A DNA stretch of 20,000 nt from an uncultured virus (IMG/VR IMGVR_UViG_3300026479_000007) (Duplodnaviria; Heunggongvirae; Uroviricota; Caudoviricetes): positions 118,335 through 138,334 of IMG/VR virus record IMGVR_UViG_3300026479_000007. The stretch is one strand, 5' to 3'. Both the position numbers and the translations under genes were made by a program. Positions 17,997 to 20,000 of this stretch are shown here, piece after piece; position 1 is the first letter of the stretch; each line of letters starts with the position of its first letter. Under the pieces are notes generated by a model, which was not told the origin of the DNA, did no database searches, and was given only the letters and a program-made list of their open reading frames with translations.

Positions 17997-18004
17997 ATAT
18001 TTAT
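17997..18004 (+). promoter_or_regulatory. ATATTTAT motif, putative late promoter element
   Basis: Intergenic, 11 nt upstream of portal ATG 18016. Confidence 0.55.
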
Positions 18005-18015
18005 TAATAAAAAAA

Positions 18016-19845
18016 ATGTCAGAAAAAAGTGTATTTATAGATTTATTAGATAGATTAAAAAGAGGAAGAACTTCTAGACCTTTACCTAATGAAAGACAAG
18101 TTATATCTGGAAATATGTCAAATAATAATTTGACACCTATGCAACAGAGACAACAAGATTTTCTTGATGTTCAATCTCAAAAAATATCTCAAGACATTTA
18201 TTCTAGAAGTGTTTATTATGATACAGATAGAATAGGTGCATATAATGATTATAGAGCAATGGATATGTCACCAGAGGTATCTGCAGCACTTGATATAATA
18301 ACTGATGAAAGTGTTACTAGAAATGAAAGAGGTGATATTTTATCAGTTTATTCTGAAAATGACAGAATTAAAACTGTTTTGAAAGATTTGTTTCATGGAA
18401 GAATGAATATAGAATATAATTTAACTTTCTGGGTAAGAGAAATGATTAAGTTTGGTGATTCTTTTATCAAATTAGAAATAGACCAAAAAGAAGGTATTTA
18501 TGATTCTAGAATGTTACCAGTTTCGGAAATACATAGAGAAGAAGCTTTTGATGGAAATATAAACTCTTCAAGATTTAAGTGGGATATAAACAATATGTAT
18601 TTTGAAGAATTTCAAATGGCTCACTTTAGGTTAGTTTCTGATGGTGCTAAATTACCTTATGGTAGAAGTGTTTTAGACCCTGCTAGAAAATTATGGAAAC
18701 AACTTCAACTTGCTGAAGATGCTATGTTAGTTTATAGAATTATTAGAGCACCAGAAAGAAGAGTTCATTATATTGAGGTTGGTAATTTAGAATCTGCAGA
18801 TGTTCATCAGTATATAGAAAAAATTAAAAGAGAATTAAAAAAATCACCTATTGTTGACCAAAAAAGTGGACAAATGAATTTGAAATATAATCCTCTTACT
18901 ATGGAAGAAGATTATTTTATGCCAATTAGGGGGGATAAATCGTCTAGAATTGAAACTTTACCTGGTGCTTCAAACTTGGGAGAAATACAAGATGTTGAAT
19001 ATTTGCAAAATAAACTTTTTGCAGCATTAAAAGTTCCTAAACCTTATTTAAATTATTCAGAATCTATGCCTGGAGGTTCAGCTTTGTCTCAAGCAGATTT
19101 GAGATTTAGTAGAACTATAAATAGGATTCAAGAAAATATAATCATTGAACTTAGAAGAATAGCTAACATACATTTATTTTTATTAGGATTCGAAGATGAT
19201 ATGGATAATTTTAGTTTAAAATTAACCAATCCATCAACTCAACAAGAATTGTTGAAATTAGAAACTATGAAAAGTCGAATGGAAGTTTTTGAAAAAATGT
19301 ATACAACAGAATCTACTTCTCCTGTGTCATACACTTGGGCTATGGAATATATTATGGGTTTTTCTAAAGCGGAAATTAAGCAAATTTTAAGACAGAAAAA
19401 GGTAGAGAAAAAAATGTTCTCAGAAATAGAAGTTGCACCAGAAGAATATATGGAAACTGGTTTGTTTGCTGATATAGATGAGAAATTTAGAGTAAATGGA
19501 GAAACAACACCAGAAGGAGATAGTGAAATGGGTGGAGAAACGACTGATTTAGGTGGAGAAGAAGCAGGAGATTCTTTCGACTCAGGTTCTGAAGAGGATT
19601 TTGGAGGAGAAGGAGAATCTTTGTCTGAAAATGTTTTGTTTTTAGAAGAAAATAATAAGGACTTAAAAAGAAATAATAAAAATTCAATTAAAGAAAGTTA
19701 TATTCTAAATGTTAAAAATGATAATTTAAACACTAAAACAAATAGGTTAATTGATTCTATAACAGAAAGATTAAATAAAATAAATAAAGAAACTGGATTA
19801 GACGAAGATGGAAATGATGTATTAAATCAAGGTGATAAAATTTAA
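18016..19845 (+). CDS. Portal protein (T4 gp20-like)
   Basis: YRAMDMSPEVSAALDII, EDAMLVYRIIRAPERRVHYIEVGNL, EEDYFMP and IETLPGASNLGEIQDVEYLQNKLFAALKVP match hallmark T4 gp20-family motifs; adjacent to terL. Confidence 0.95.
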   Translation: MSEKSVFIDLLDRLKRGRTSRPLPNERQVISGNMSNNNLTPMQQRQQDFLDVQSQKISQDIYSRSVYYDTDRIGAYNDYRAMDMSPEVSAALDIITDESVTRNERGDILSVYSENDRIKTVLKDLFHGRMNIEYNLTFWVREMIKFGDSFIKLEIDQKEGIYDSRMLPVSEIHREEAFDGNINSSRFKWDINNMYFEEFQMAHFRLVSDGAKLPYGRSVLDPARKLWKQLQLAEDAMLVYRIIRAPERRVHYIEVGNLESADVHQYIEKIKRELKKSPIVDQKSGQMNLKYNPLTMEEDYFMPIRGDKSSRIETLPGASNLGEIQDVEYLQNKLFAALKVPKPYLNYSESMPGGSALSQADLRFSRTINRIQENIIIELRRIANIHLFLLGFEDDMDNFSLKLTNPSTQQELLKLETMKSRMEVFEKMYTTESTSPVSYTWAMEYIMGFSKAEIKQILRQKKVEKKMFSEIEVAPEEYMETGLFADIDEKFRVNGETTPEGDSEMGGETTDLGGEEAGDSFDSGSEEDFGGEGESLSENVLFLEENNKDLKRNNKNSIKESYILNVKNDNLNTKTNRLIDSITERLNKINKETGLDEDGNDVLNQGDKI

Positions 19846-19864
19846 TTATTAATATTTTATTTTT

Positions 19865-20000
19865 ATGAATTACGAAGAATTAAAAAAGCAAATAAGAGAA
19901 AAAAAAGAGGCATTATCTAAAGGTACAAAAGTTAGAGAAGAAAATTTAATAGAAGATGATGAATATGGAATAGATGAGTTATTTCAAAAAATTAAATTTT
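19865..20000 (+). CDS. Hypothetical protein, 3'-truncated by the window edge
   Basis: ATG at 19865 opens MNYEELKKQIREKKEALSKGTKVREENLIEDDEYGIDELFQKIKF with no stop before the end; absent from the ORF track. Confidence 0.65.
   Translation, partial: MNYEELKKQIREKKEALSKGTKVREENLIEDDEYGIDELFQKIKF

Noticed and set aside
3519..19687. Minus-strand and alternate-frame ORFs in the track (3519..3884, 6604..6834, 7570..7767, 7668..7865, 9861..10055, 10358..10606, 10673..10936, 13142..13399, 13712..13909, 13867..14100, 16125..16382, 17055..17273, 19487..19687)
   Set aside because: Short shadows overlapping well-supported plus-strand genes, with no recognisable motifs.
16260..19845. Intein or intron in terminase or portal
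   Set aside because: Conserved motifs are contiguous at normal spacing; no splicing or homing endonuclease motifs seen.
1..20000. Stop-codon reassignment
   Set aside because: Genes tile the window in the standard code with intact terL and portal, and TGA ends two genes at sensible positions. TAG is not used by the called genes, so its status cannot be tested here.

Overview
AT-rich, densely packed, all-plus-strand segment of a large tailed dsDNA phage distantly related to T4, probably infecting Bacteroidota (inferred from start-codon context). The right end encodes a T4 gp17-like terminase large subunit (16260..17921) directly followed by a T4 gp20-like portal (18016..19845). The first ~15.5 kb is an adsorption/fibre region that appears built from three cassettes. 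Each has a long Gly/Thr/Asp-rich fibre-like gene, one to three compact putative binding proteins (a BspA/DUF285-type leucine-rich-repeat protein; three paralogous LamG-like proteins; two jelly-roll proteins sharing a 39-aa N-terminal peptide) and a small accessory ORF. The fibre genes share shuffled sequence blocks. An ATATTTAT motif sits in every intergenic gap of 20 nt or more and marks cassette boundaries. No tRNA, rRNA, CRISPR array, intein, reverse transcriptase or mobile element was seen. Product calls outside terminase and portal come from motif reading, not database searches.
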